Positions 1 through 9,314 are shown, counted from the first letter of the stretch. The stretch is 64,000 nt of DNA from Bacteroidales bacterium (GCA_026984135.1 JALSSR010000282.1:1930-65929); one strand, 5' to 3'. Made by a program: numbers and translations. Notes: generated by a model from the sequence alone, not told the origin.

Positions 1-514
1 AGTTATTGTTAAACTTGTATATTTTATCGTAGGTGATGGCGTATCTCATATTTATTCCGTCAATTATTTTCCTGAGTTTGGGATAAAAGTGGAATGCATT
101 GTAAGCTCTGAGGATTATTGCAAAATTTGCTGCAAACAGAAGAGAATGAATAGGGTTGTCAAATATAAGAAATCCACCGTCACCGGTACTTATATAGTTA
201 TTTTCTATTTCTTTTTTTGTATATTTCTGGAAAATGAACGGATGGTTCTGAAAGCAAAGATTGATTGTTGCATCGAAAAGGGTTTTAAATAAAAAGGGAA
301 TCAATGTCTGCTCAAACTCTCCGAAAGAACTATACTGATACATATCAATACCGAGAACCGATTTCTTACTTATTTTAGAATAATTGATATACTCGGTCAG
401 TTCATTTTTAAGTTCGGTATGGTCGGGGATGATATTGGTTTTTTCAAATACAACTCTGCGGTCTTTATCCTCGAGTATGTTTTTAATAATGTCGTAATCA
501 ATTTTTTTAATCAT
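1..514 (-). CDS. partial CDS (5' part only, runs off window start): hypothetical protein with class III nucleotidyl-cyclase-like palm motifs
   Basis: My own minus-strand translation from ATG 514-512 stays open to nt 1 (MIKKIDYDIIKNILEDK..VLGIDMYQYSSF..ISTGDGGFLIFDNP..INMRYAITYD). It is absent from the ORF track because there is no stop in the window. It starts 6 nt after the GT2 stop. The cyclase-like call rests on three short motifs only. Confidence 0.45.
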   Translation of the reverse strand, partial: MIKKIDYDIIKNILEDKDRRVVFEKTNIIPDHTELKNELTEYINYSKISKKSVLGIDMYQYSSFGEFEQTLIPFLFKTLFDATINLCFQNHPFIFQKYTKKEIENNYISTGDGGFLIFDNPIHSLLFAANFAIILRAYNAFHFYPKLRKIIDGINMRYAITYDKIYKFNNN

Positions 515-520
515 AACGGT

Positions 521-1666
521 TTAGTTTTTAATTTTTCTGTCTTTCCATCTGTATTTTCCTGTCATTCCCAAGGCTCCGGATACTACGATATACACAGGAT
601 ATATCAAATAGACCGGAATTATATAAAACAGAAGTTGTGTTTTTTTTGCAAATTTAATAAATCCTGTGAGTATGGGGATGTCAATTAGCAATTTAATAAC
701 AAAAGCAACAGCAATAAACCTGAACAATTCAGGATAAAAGACAGAAAAAACGGCACCTGATAAAAGGAGTAGGTTAGTGAAATAGACTGTAACCGAGACA
801 AACAGAATATTCAACCCGAAGCCTTTGTTTTTTGATGCCCATCTCACACGTTGATTAATAAATTCACCAATACTTTTTTTTGCTTTGGTAAAGACAAATG
901 AATTTCTGTTTTTCAGGAATGAAATGGAGCCGGGGCCAAATATTTTACGGAATTTTATCATAAGAAACACATCGTCACCGGATGAGAATTTGTCCTTTGA
1001 AAAGCCACCGACAGTTTCAAAAGCTTGTTTTTCGTAAGCAAGGTTTGCCCCGTTGCTCATTATTGGTTTTCCGATTGCCGAAGCTCCCGCAGAAACAGCC
1101 ACCAGGCTTAGGAACTCCAAAGATTGCAGTTTTTCAAAAAAGGTTGCTTCGTTATAATATGCAACAGGCCCGATGATCATCTTACACTTTTTTGTTTCGT
1201 AATATCCCGCTATTGTTTGCAGCCATTCCGGCCCCACTCTGCAATCGGCATCGGTTGTTACAATAATACTACCTTTTGAAATCTCAATTCCTTTTGTGAT
1301 TGCATTTTTCTTGAAAGTATCGGAATAACTATCCGATATCAGTCTCACAATTTTAGTATTAGTTTGATTTTGTATAAACCCGGAAGCGATTTTGTATGTG
1401 TCATCAGTTGAATGGTCGTCAATAATAATTACTTCAAATAAATCGTCCGGATAGTTCTGCTTTTGCAGATCATTCAAAATATTTTGAATATTGGTTTCTT
1501 CATTTCGTGCGGGAATAACAACGGATAGATATGTTTTAGGGTTATTGTTGTTTAAAACAAATTTTTTTAATGCGAACCATCCGGTTGTGTATGAAAGTAT
1601 TATTAGAAAGTATAGAACTCCAAACAGAAAAAGGAAAACAAAGTATATTGTTAGCAGGCTAATCAT
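521..1666 (-). CDS. membrane-bound glycosyltransferase family 2 (processive type, QxxRW)
   Basis: 381-aa ORF with an N-terminal TM helix. Motifs: VVIPARNEE, IIDDHSTDD, TTDADCRV (DxD), SGDDVFL, QRVRW. C-terminal TM helices. 8-nt overlap with the upstream ORF. Confidence 0.85.
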   Translation of the reverse strand: MISLLTIYFVFLFLFGVLYFLIILSYTTGWFALKKFVLNNNNPKTYLSVVIPARNEETNIQNILNDLQKQNYPDDLFEVIIIDDHSTDDTYKIASGFIQNQTNTKIVRLISDSYSDTFKKNAITKGIEISKGSIIVTTDADCRVGPEWLQTIAGYYETKKCKMIIGPVAYYNEATFFEKLQSLEFLSLVAVSAGASAIGKPIMSNGANLAYEKQAFETVGGFSKDKFSSGDDVFLMIKFRKIFGPGSISFLKNRNSFVFTKAKKSIGEFINQRVRWASKNKGFGLNILFVSVTVYFTNLLLLSGAVFSVFYPELFRFIAVAFVIKLLIDIPILTGFIKFAKKTQLLFYIIPVYLIYPVYIVVSGALGMTGKYRWKDRKIKN

Positions 1667-2699
1667 TATCTTTATTTCTTCTGAAAAACTTTAACCTATA
1701 TACGAAAAAGGTACCTATAATTGCCGGTAGTGCAAGATTAATGAGCCATAAGGCGGATGACGAAGCCACTATTCCAAGTGTGATCTTATCGGTCAGTACG
1801 GCAAACTTTTCAAAATAAGAGCCTATGAAAAATATGGAAACGGAACCGCGGATACCAAGCTCGGCAAGAGTTACTGTGGGTATTGCTGTCATTATGAAAA
1901 ATACAAGAGAGATAATTATCATTCCTTGAAGCAACGGAAGATTAACCGAAAACAACATTAAAATAATATAAAACTGTAATGTAAAAACACAATAGCGGAG
2001 GAAGCTTAAAATTAGTACTGATGCCAGTTCAAAAGTAGAATATTCGGATATTACGGAAATATATTCATAAAAGTGAGGAAATCGTTTTTCAAAAAATTTT
2101 GTTAAAAACCCGGGTAAAGCCTTGATATTAAGAAAAATAAATATCAGTGTCGATACTATTACGACAACAATGAGAATAAGTCCGAAGTACAGATAGTTTG
2201 AGAACAGATCCGAATTCTTGTAATAAATCGGAATATATATTAGAAGGCTAAGTGAACCGACTACAATAGTTGTCAAAAGTTGTGCAAAGCTTCCTACCAT
2301 TGTAATCACAATTCCTTTCCATGGGTTTGCCTTGTCAAGAATAAAAACCCTGCCGAACCATTCTCCTACCCTGTTTGGAGTGAAAAGTGCAACGGAGACT
2401 CCCGCCAGAACAGCTTCAAAGGCTTTGGAAAAAGAAATTTTTTCAATTTTATTAATCAGAAACTGCCACTTTAACGACTCAATTCCCCAGTTGACTATCA
2501 TTAACAACAAGGTCCAGGTAAGAAAAAAATAGATATGTGGCTGGTCAATAATTTCATGGAACAGAATAACTACCTCTTCCAGTTTTTTCTTTTTAAATAT
2601 CTGAGCATAAATGAAATAGTAAGTAGTAAAGATTATTAAAACTCTTACTATTAGGTTATAAGTTTTATTTTTATGTATATTTGTAAAATACTTCTTCAT
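1659..2699 (-). CDS. flippase-like polytopic membrane protein (UPF0104 / LPG_synthase_TM-type)
   Basis: 346-aa ORF made almost entirely of TM helices. It has the C-proximal LAELGIRGS motif (compare GGIGVREG in the paralog at 25599-26501). Translationally coupled to the GT2. Confidence 0.6.
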   Translation of the reverse strand: MKKYFTNIHKNKTYNLIVRVLIIFTTYYFIYAQIFKKKKLEEVVILFHEIIDQPHIYFFLTWTLLLMIVNWGIESLKWQFLINKIEKISFSKAFEAVLAGVSVALFTPNRVGEWFGRVFILDKANPWKGIVITMVGSFAQLLTTIVVGSLSLLIYIPIYYKNSDLFSNYLYFGLILIVVVIVSTLIFIFLNIKALPGFLTKFFEKRFPHFYEYISVISEYSTFELASVLILSFLRYCVFTLQFYIILMLFSVNLPLLQGMIIISLVFFIMTAIPTVTLAELGIRGSVSIFFIGSYFEKFAVLTDKITLGIVASSSALWLINLALPAIIGTFFVYRLKFFRRNKDND

Positions 2700-2713
2700 A
2701 TTTTTAGCAATTA

Positions 2714-2721
2714 CAAAAGTA
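2714..2721 (-). promoter_or_regulatory. Bacteroidota -7 promoter box (TAnnTTTG)
   Basis: The minus strand reads TACTTTTG, 14 nt upstream of the ATG at 2699. Confidence 0.45.
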
Positions 2722-2730
2722 ATAATTTAG

Positions 2731-3282
2731 TTGAAATCAGACAGAATAATATTAGGTATTGATCCGGGAACCACAATAATGGGTTACGGACTTGTTCATA
2801 AGCGAAATAACTCGCTGGAACTTATCACTTTAGGAGTTATACATCTGGCAAAATATGACAACCAGGCTTTAAAGCTTAAAAAGATTTTCGAGAGGGTGTT
2901 GGCTTTGATTGATGAATACAAACCTGATGAAGTGGCTCTTGAAGCTCCTTTTTACGGTAAAAATGTTCAAAGTATGCTCAAGCTTGGCCGTGCACAGGGT
3001 GTTGCTATGGCTGCAGCTCTTTTCAGGGATATTCCCATATTTGAATATTCACCCAAAAAGATCAAGCAGTCAATTACCGGAAACGGTAATGCCTCCAAAG
3101 AGCAGGTTGCCGCAATGCTGAAAAGCATTATGACAATCAAGGAAATTCCCAAACATCTTGATGCCACCGACGGTCTTGCAGCTGCTGTTTGCCATTATTT
3201 TCAAAAAGGTGCAACTACCACAAAATCAGGTTATTCTGGCTGGAAAAATTTTATTAAGGATAATCCCGGAAGAGTCGGTTGA
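2731..3282 (+). CDS. ruvC: crossover junction endodeoxyribonuclease RuvC
   Basis: 183 aa. [17 protein letters not shown]-terminus, [11 protein letters not shown] and [11 protein letters not shown] motifs typical of RuvC. TTG start as given in the track. Confidence 0.9.
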   Translation: MKSDRIILGIDPGTTIMGYGLVHKRNNSLELITLGVIHLAKYDNQALKLKKIFERVLALIDEYKPDEVALEAPFYGKNVQSMLKLGRAQGVAMAAALFRDIPIFEYSPKKIKQSITGNGNASKEQVAAMLKSIMTIKEIPKHLDATDGLAAAVCHYFQKGATTTKSGYSGWKNFIKDNPGRVG

Positions 3283-3291
3283 TCTTAATAG

Positions 3292-3341
3292 TTTTCAGTT
3301 GACTGAAAATATATTTATATTTTTTTTCAGTTGACTGAAAA
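3292..3341. repeat. two copies of the perfect 18-bp palindrome TTTTCAGTTGACTGAAAA (3292-3309 and 3324-3341)
   Basis: Read directly from the sequence. Each copy has 7-nt arms (TTTTCAG/CTGAAAA) around TTGA. Copies are 32 bp start to start, between the ruvC stop and the ATPase start. Confidence 0.9.
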
Positions 3342-3346
3342 TTTTG

Positions 3347-3354
3347 TACTTTTG
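3347..3354 (+). promoter_or_regulatory. Bacteroidota -7 promoter box (TAnnTTTG)
   Basis: TACTTTTG, 14 nt upstream of the ATG at 3369 and immediately downstream of the second palindrome copy. Confidence 0.45.
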
Positions 3355-3368
3355 TAAAAAAATATCAA

Positions 3369-4664
3369 ATGGAAAAACAGAGAATATTTGAGATACTGAA
3401 TGATTGGAATTTTTGGGATAAACCTTTACCAAAGTATATACCGAGATATTCGTATCAGAAAAAACTGAGTAGTTATCAAAGATCCGGCGAAATAATTATT
3501 TTGAAAGGTGTAAGAAGGGCAGGCAAATCGTCTCTTCTGATCAGCCATATTCATAACCTTATAAACGAAGGTGTTGACAAAAAAGAGATCCTATTTGTTA
3601 ATTTTGAGGATCCGCGGTTTACAGGTGAACTGAATGTCGCTTTGTTAGAAAAAATTATTGATACGTATAAAGAATATGTTAATGATAATTCGGTTCCTTA
3701 TATTTTTCTTGATGAAATTCAAAATGTTTTTCAATGGGAAAAGTGGGTTTTGACGGGATATGAGTTAAAAATGTTTCACTTTTATATTACCGGGTCATCT
3801 TCAAAATTGTTGAGTAAGGAATTTGGAACAGCTTTGGGGGGAAGATATCTTGACATAAATGTTTTACCGTTACAATTTAAAGAGTTTATCCGGTTTAAAG
3901 GGTTTTCGCTTCCAACCAAACCGGAAATGGTTACCAATAAACTGAGATACAAAAAATTATTCAATGTTTTCATAAAAGATGGCGGCTTTCCAAAGGTTGC
4001 TTTACTTGAGGATGATCTGAGAAGGCCCGAAATATTAATGTATTTCGATACAATAATACTAAAGGATATTGTTGCAAGATATAATTTGAAAAATTATGAT
4101 TATATCAATAAAGTTGCTCTGTTTTTGTTGTCGAATATAGGAAAACCGTTAAGCCTTAATAAAATAGCGGTTTCACTGAATATTTCTTACAATTTGATCA
4201 ATAATTACTTTGAATATTTAAAAAACACTTATCTGTTTTACGAGATTTATCAATACGAATATTCTTTGAAAAAGCAATTTTCCGGTCGCCGGAAAGTATA
4301 TTGCATTGATAATGGTTTTCTTTCGAATATCTCTTTCAGAATTTCGGAAGATTACGGACGTTTTCTTGAAAACATTGTTTTTTTGGAGTTAAAGAACAGA
4401 GGAGATGATATCTATTTTCATTATGGTAAAAAAGAGTGTGATTTTATTGTTAAAAAAGGGTTGTCAATTGTTCAGGCAATACAAGTTTGTCGAACATTGA
4501 CGGATAAGGATACCGAAACACGCGAACTGGAAGGATTGATTGAGGCATTGAAAACATACGGTTTACGAGAAGGTTTAATCCTTACTGAAGATGAAGAGCA
4601 CGTTTACAATATTGATAATTACACATTAACCGTTAAACCTGTATGGAAATGGTTACTTGAATAA
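3369..4664 (+). CDS. AAA-type ATPase with DUF4143-like C-terminal region
   Basis: 431 aa. Walker A LKGVRRAGKSSLL, Walker B IFLDEIQ. The length and C-terminal pattern fit the AAA_14/DUF4143 family. Confidence 0.75.
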   Translation: MEKQRIFEILNDWNFWDKPLPKYIPRYSYQKKLSSYQRSGEIIILKGVRRAGKSSLLISHIHNLINEGVDKKEILFVNFEDPRFTGELNVALLEKIIDTYKEYVNDNSVPYIFLDEIQNVFQWEKWVLTGYELKMFHFYITGSSSKLLSKEFGTALGGRYLDINVLPLQFKEFIRFKGFSLPTKPEMVTNKLRYKKLFNVFIKDGGFPKVALLEDDLRRPEILMYFDTIILKDIVARYNLKNYDYINKVALFLLSNIGKPLSLNKIAVSLNISYNLINNYFEYLKNTYLFYEIYQYEYSLKKQFSGRRKVYCIDNGFLSNISFRISEDYGRFLENIVFLELKNRGDDIYFHYGKKECDFIVKKGLSIVQAIQVCRTLTDKDTETRELEGLIEALKTYGLREGLILTEDEEHVYNIDNYTLTVKPVWKWLLE

Positions 4665-4677
4665 AACCGTTAATTAT

Positions 4678-5853
4678 TTACATCAACTTCTGGTATGCCT
4701 GCCACCATCTGTCGGGAATTTCGTCGTTACAGGCAGTTTCGTAGTCGTTGTATGAGCAGGGTACCAGATGATGTCTTTCATAAATATTTTTATTGTCGGC
4801 CTTTACCGGAACATCCATCCACCAACGGTCGCTCGTTTTACTTTTGTAAAACACAAGTTCGTCGTTATGATCTTTAATCGAAACCGTATATTTGATATAG
4901 TTCTCTATGTCTTTATACGGGTGGTCTTTCCGGCGGCTGTAATAACCCTCAACAAAAAACCAGATCATCTGTGCCACAAGGTGTGATGTCTGGTTGTTAT
5001 TGTCGTATTTCGGATTTGTTTCGTAAAAACCAATTGATGATATTTTTTCGCTCAATCCGGCATATTTTATTATCTGGCAAATCTCTTCACCGTAAAATCC
5101 GTTGGGAGAGGCATTTCCGTTTCCCGGAGCATCCGATTGCCTTATGGCTGAAACATCAACCGTAACCATATCGGCATTTCTCATAAGAGGTTCCGTTTCG
5201 GGTAAATTACCCCTGACTTTTCCAAGACGGTAAACATCAAAATAGAGGTCGTTCATCAAAGAAGTGGCGTCGGGGTCAACAAAATACGACTGAAAACCAA
5301 TGTTTGTGTAATTGAAAAGGAAGTTGGGCTGATGAAGGATTATTTTACTCAGATATGAGTGTGAATTAATATCCTGTGCCGCCTTACCAAGGTCGAAAAC
5401 AGAATCAATGGAGACAATGTTAATCACCTGTCCAAGCGATTCGTAAGCCCTGTAGTTTGCATAAGTCAAATCCTGGCTTCCACCGATAATTACGGGAGTG
5501 ATTTTATTTTTTATCAACTCGGAAACAACAGTCGTCAATGCAAAATATGTATCTTCAATTTTATGACCCCTTTTTAAGTTTCCAAGGTCGGCTATTTTCG
5601 GATTAAAATTACTTTTAAACAATCTGTAAAAGTAATTTCTGATATAGTCGGGAGCAAGAGCGCATCCTTTATTATTTTTTGCTTTTCTCTCCTCCTGAAC
5701 TCCTACGATTGCAATATCAACTCCGTCAAGATCAGGGAAATGTCCTTCCACGATGTAACTTCTTACCAAATCTCCCAATCTCAGGTTTTTGGTTGATTCT
5801 TCAAAATCAAACTCAGGTAATTCAAGCGGTTCAAAATATATTGAAATGTCCAT
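4678..5853 (-). CDS. arginase-fold (formimidoylglutamase-like) protein with degenerate metal-ligand motifs and a C-terminal extension
   Basis: 391 aa. The arginase-family blocks are recognisable but altered: IIGGSQDLT for GG[DE]H, IDSVFD for D[AS]HxD, TVDVSAIRQSDAPG for [ST]xDxDxxx[PAQ]xxxP[GSA]. About 90 extra C-terminal residues carry two DRWW motifs. Confidence 0.7.
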   Translation of the reverse strand: MDISIYFEPLELPEFDFEESTKNLRLGDLVRSYIVEGHFPDLDGVDIAIVGVQEERKAKNNKGCALAPDYIRNYFYRLFKSNFNPKIADLGNLKRGHKIEDTYFALTTVVSELIKNKITPVIIGGSQDLTYANYRAYESLGQVINIVSIDSVFDLGKAAQDINSHSYLSKIILHQPNFLFNYTNIGFQSYFVDPDATSLMNDLYFDVYRLGKVRGNLPETEPLMRNADMVTVDVSAIRQSDAPGNGNASPNGFYGEEICQIIKYAGLSEKISSIGFYETNPKYDNNNQTSHLVAQMIWFFVEGYYSRRKDHPYKDIENYIKYTVSIKDHNDELVFYKSKTSDRWWMDVPVKADNKNIYERHHLVPCSYNDYETACNDEIPDRWWQAYQKLM

Positions 5854-6113
5854 AGAATATTTTTTTCCAGCACTTTAATGTTTATACAAAGAAAACACAA
5901 AAAGGTTATGGCAAAATTCCAAAATTTTTTGTTTCAAAAAACAATTATCTTTAAAACCCAAAGAAAATCCACAAAACGGGCTCAGCACATTTCTTATCGG
6001 GTCAGTTGTTCCGGTACGTAGAAGACGCACGGCCGTATGTCTATGCAATCCGACTAACAACCCGACGCCTTCCAAAATTTCCAACTATTTTTTTATACCA
6101 TCATTTCTTTTAC

Positions 6114-6121
6114 TATTTTTG
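6114..6121 (+). promoter_or_regulatory. Bacteroidota -7 promoter box (TAnnTTTG)
   Basis: TATTTTTG, 23 nt upstream of the ATG at 6145. Confidence 0.45.
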
Positions 6122-6144
6122 CAAATCATTTAAAATTAACAATT

Positions 6145-6792
6145 ATGAAAAAAGTAATTCTTCTATTATTGATTGCTTTTGTATCTTTCGGAACAAAAGT
6201 CTTCTCTCAGGACAAAAAGGATGACAAACAGGTTAAGGTCATAATTCATACCGATTACGGGGATATGACAGCCGTTTTATACAATGAAACTCCGCAGCAC
6301 AGGGATAATTTTGTAAAACTTATCAAAGAAGGTTGGTATAACGGTTCGCCTTTTCATAGAGTTATTGAAGGTTTTATGATTCAGGGCGGTCAGAATGCCG
6401 ACGGCAGACTTGATCCGGGATATACTGTTCCTGCTGAGTTTGTGCCGGGTAAATTTCATAAAAAAGGTGCTTTGGCGGCTGCCAGAATGCCCGATCAGGT
6501 AAATCCCGAAAAGGCTTCTTCGGGTTCGCAGTTTTATATTGTTCAGGGAAAAGTGCTTTCCGAACAGGAATTGAATATGATGGCTGCAAGATATAATCTG
6601 AATTATACAACGGAAGAAATAGATGCCTATACAACTGTCGGCGGCACACCCCATCTTGATGGTAACTATACGGTCTTCGGTGAAGTGATTGACGGTTTCG
6701 ATGTTATTGATGCCATTGCATCGGTAAATACCGACAGGTCGAACAAACCCCTAAAACCGGTTACGATGACAATAGAAATAGTTGAAGAATAG
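6145..6792 (+). CDS. secreted peptidyl-prolyl cis-trans isomerase, cyclophilin type
   Basis: 215 aa. Signal peptide [22 protein letters not shown]. Cyclophilin blocks [19 protein letters not shown] and YTVFGEV. Confidence 0.9.
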   Translation: MKKVILLLLIAFVSFGTKVFSQDKKDDKQVKVIIHTDYGDMTAVLYNETPQHRDNFVKLIKEGWYNGSPFHRVIEGFMIQGGQNADGRLDPGYTVPAEFVPGKFHKKGALAAARMPDQVNPEKASSGSQFYIVQGKVLSEQELNMMAARYNLNYTTEEIDAYTTVGGTPHLDGNYTVFGEVIDGFDVIDAIASVNTDRSNKPLKPVTMTIEIVEE

Positions 6793-6797
6793 AAAAG

Positions 6798-7820
6798 ATG
6801 AAAGATAAGGTCAATTCATATTTAAAAGAAATTGAGGAATTTGTTGCGCAATCTCCCGAACACCTTGAGGAGTTTCGTATTAAGTTCTTGAGTAAAAAGG
6901 GTTTGATACCGGCTCTTTTTGCCGAAATGAGAAATATAGCACCTGAGGAAAGAAAAGAATTCGGAGCTTTACTGAACAATCTGAAAAACACTGCACAGCA
7001 AAAAGTTAATGATTTAAAGGAGTTGTTGGAAAGCAGTAATGTGGGTGGAAAAGAAGATGTTGACCTGACGCTCCCGGCCAATTTTATGCAGATGGGTTCA
7101 AGACATCCGTTGTCGGTTGTCAGAAATGAGATTATTGATATTTTTTCAAGAATAGGATTTTCCGTTTCCGAAGGTCCTGAAATAGAAGATGACTGGCATA
7201 ATTTCACTGCACTTAATTTTCCCGAAGAACATCCGGCAAGAGATATGCAGGATACGTTTTTTATTGAGAAAAATCCGGATATAGCTCTTCGTACGCATAC
7301 TTCTTCCGTTCAGGTCAGGGTGATGGAGAAAGAAAAACCACCCATAAGGTCAATTTTTCCGGGGAGGGTTTTTCGTAATGAAGCTATTTCTGCACGTGCA
7401 CACTGTATATTCCATCAGGTTGAAGGATTGTATATTGATGAGAATGTTTCCTTTGCCGACCTGAAACAGACACTCTACTATTTTGCAACCGAACTTTTCG
7501 GAAAAGGGACTAAAACACGGTTCAGACCTTCTTATTTTCCGTTTACCGAACCTTCGGCCGAGATGGATATTTCCTGCTTTATATGCGGAGGTAAAGGATG
7601 TAAAATATGTAAAAATACCGGATGGGTCGAAATTCTGGGCTGTGGTATGGTTGACCCCAATGTTTTGGAAAACAATAACATAGATAGTAAGAAATATACC
7701 GGATTTGCTTTTGGAATGGGTATTGAGCGAATCACCATGCTGAAATATCAGATAAATGATATAAGACTGTTTTTTGAAAACAATCTGCGTTTTCTGAAAC
7801 AGTTTGAAAGTGCTGTTTAA
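6798..7820 (+). CDS. pheS: phenylalanine--tRNA ligase alpha subunit
   Basis: 340 aa. [41 protein letters not shown] and [11 protein letters not shown] class II aaRS/PheS motifs. Confidence 0.95.
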   Translation: MKDKVNSYLKEIEEFVAQSPEHLEEFRIKFLSKKGLIPALFAEMRNIAPEERKEFGALLNNLKNTAQQKVNDLKELLESSNVGGKEDVDLTLPANFMQMGSRHPLSVVRNEIIDIFSRIGFSVSEGPEIEDDWHNFTALNFPEEHPARDMQDTFFIEKNPDIALRTHTSSVQVRVMEKEKPPIRSIFPGRVFRNEAISARAHCIFHQVEGLYIDENVSFADLKQTLYYFATELFGKGTKTRFRPSYFPFTEPSAEMDISCFICGGKGCKICKNTGWVEILGCGMVDPNVLENNNIDSKKYTGFAFGMGIERITMLKYQINDIRLFFENNLRFLKQFESAV

Positions 7821-7849
7821 TTCAGACCTTATAAAGGTTAATTAGGTTT

Positions 7850-8437
7850 ATGCTAAAACGACTATTTGATATATTCTTCTCTTTTATCGGTCTGATAGTT
7901 CTGATTCCTCTTTTTATTTTAATTTCCATATTTATCATTTTGGATTCAAGGGGTGGTGTTTTTTATTTACAGAAGCGTGTTGGCAAAGATAACAGGGATT
8001 TTTCCCTGCTGAAGTTTCGTACAATGCGAAACGGTTCGGATTCAGGCAGTCTGCTGACTGTTGGTAAAGATGATCCGAGAATTACACGAGTGGGTGCTTT
8101 TTTAAGAAAGTATAAACTTGACGAATTGCCGCAGCTTGTCAACATTTTAAAGGGTGAAATGAGTATTGTAGGCCCCCGTCCGGAAGTCAGAAAATATGTT
8201 GACCTTTATAATGACAGACAAAAAAAGGTATTGACTGTCAAACCGGGACTTACCGATTATGCTTCACTTGAATATATAAACGAAAATGAGATTTTGTCGA
8301 AATATGACGATCCCGAAAAAGCATATATCGAGGTTATTATGCCTGAAAAACTGGAGTTAAATCTTAATTATATTAAAGAAAAAAGTTTTCTGACCGATTT
8401 GAGAATTATTTTTAAAACTTTGGCAAGGATAGTTTGA
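7850..8437 (+). CDS. polyprenyl-phosphate sugar-phosphate transferase (bacterial sugar transferase family, WbaP/PglC type)
   Basis: 195 aa. [16 protein letters not shown] re-entrant helix and [21 protein letters not shown] signature. Confidence 0.85.
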   Translation: MLKRLFDIFFSFIGLIVLIPLFILISIFIILDSRGGVFYLQKRVGKDNRDFSLLKFRTMRNGSDSGSLLTVGKDDPRITRVGAFLRKYKLDELPQLVNILKGEMSIVGPRPEVRKYVDLYNDRQKKVLTVKPGLTDYASLEYINENEILSKYDDPEKAYIEVIMPEKLELNLNYIKEKSFLTDLRIIFKTLARIV

Positions 8438-8438
8438 T

Positions 8439-9314
8439 TTACAATGCACTTTCAAGCATTTTCAGCTCGTCAACCTTATCAAGGTATCCCATCTTGCCGT
8501 ATGAGGTTATCAGATTTGCCAGAAGCCTCTTTATTATTGTGATGTTATCCGTAGGTTTATAGAATGATTTTTGAGGCTTAAGTTTTATCTGTTTTATATA
8601 AACATCAATTTCTTTTTGAGTAAAGACGGCACCTTTATTAAACGGGTTGATATAAAACAAAATATCGTTTTCATCATCCAGACTTATCTTTTCATCGGCA
8701 ATTTCATTAACATATGCAAGAATAAAATGATGTGGCAGGTCAACCCCATAAACGGGGATGTCCAGACTTTGGGCAACAATCATATAAAGCATCCCAAGCG
8801 ACAGGTGATTGCCTTTTTTAGTACTCAGAAGATTGTTAAGGTAAAGATTTTGCGGTGTGTCTATATTTGTTTTATTCCCCTGAAAGTTGTAGATGTCGAA
8901 AAAAATATGATTTATAACTTTTATTTTTTCCAGTGCGGTCAGGTTAAGATTGAGTTCAAGCCAGATATCTTTTTTTATCTTTTCAACTTTCTCTCTTAAA
9001 TCTTTTTCATTAATGTCGGGATACAGGTATTTCGTTACCAGAATATATCCTTTAAGGAGATTGTAATGAGCTTTACTTTTCCAGTTTTTCAACTCTTTGG
9101 TAAGATAGTCTATCTGGATATTATGGATTAAATTTTCTATTCTTTTCTGTATAATGTTATCGAAAGAGTTGTCCCAGGCATCTTCCAGGTATGGTACGGC
9201 ATCAATACCATAATATAAAAGTTTATCTTTAATTTTATCAAAAACCTGATTATTTGGCTCGTCAAGTAAATTAATCAGTGCATTAAGTTCACTATTGTTA
9301 TGTTTTGTTTGCAT
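8439..9314 (-). CDS. SirB1-like transglutaminase-fold/TPR protein (UPF0162 type)
   Basis: The ORF track starts at a TTG at 9374. I prefer the ATG at 9314 (MQTKHNNSELN). The block GNHLSLGMLYMIVAQSLDIPVYGVDLPHHFILAY resembles SirB1 N-terminal family proteins. Confidence 0.55.
   Translation of the reverse strand: MQTKHNNSELNALINLLDEPNNQVFDKIKDKLLYYGIDAVPYLEDAWDNSFDNIIQKRIENLIHNIQIDYLTKELKNWKSKAHYNLLKGYILVTKYLYPDINEKDLREKVEKIKKDIWLELNLNLTALEKIKVINHIFFDIYNFQGNKTNIDTPQNLYLNNLLSTKKGNHLSLGMLYMIVAQSLDIPVYGVDLPHHFILAYVNEIADEKISLDDENDILFYINPFNKGAVFTQKEIDVYIKQIKLKPQKSFYKPTDNITIIKRLLANLITSYGKMGYLDKVDELKMLESAL

Noticed and set aside
1-514. Calling the truncated cyclase-like ORF a Pycsar/CBASS-type antiphage cyclase
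   Set aside because: Only the first 171 codons are visible and the effector gene, if any, would lie outside the window. Its tight coupling to a GT2/flippase pair argues as much for a regulatory or biosynthetic role. The evidence is insufficient.
4678-5853. A histidine-utilisation (hut) pathway formed by the formimidoylglutamase-like gene plus the HAL-family gene at 52479-54017
   Set aside because: The two genes are 47 kb apart and no hutU or hutI is present. The arginase-fold protein has degenerate metal ligands. The ammonia-lyase sits inside a polyketide-type cluster.
5975-6075. SRP (4.5S) RNA gene in the GC-richer island
   Set aside because: The conserved GGAA-tetraloop helix-8 core (..GUCAGGUCCGGAAGGAAGCAGC..) is not present on either strand. 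Only scattered short matches exist. It needs a covariance-model search before any call.
6277-7207. Track ORFs antisense to the PPIase and pheS genes (6277-6654, 6374-6649, 6761-7207)
   Set aside because: They lie entirely inside well-supported genes on the opposite strand and have low-complexity, family-less translations. These are typical shadow ORFs. The same reasoning applies to 8571-8999, 24214-24819, 52077-52565, 61932-62567, 20946-21317 and the other short overlapping ORFs in the track.
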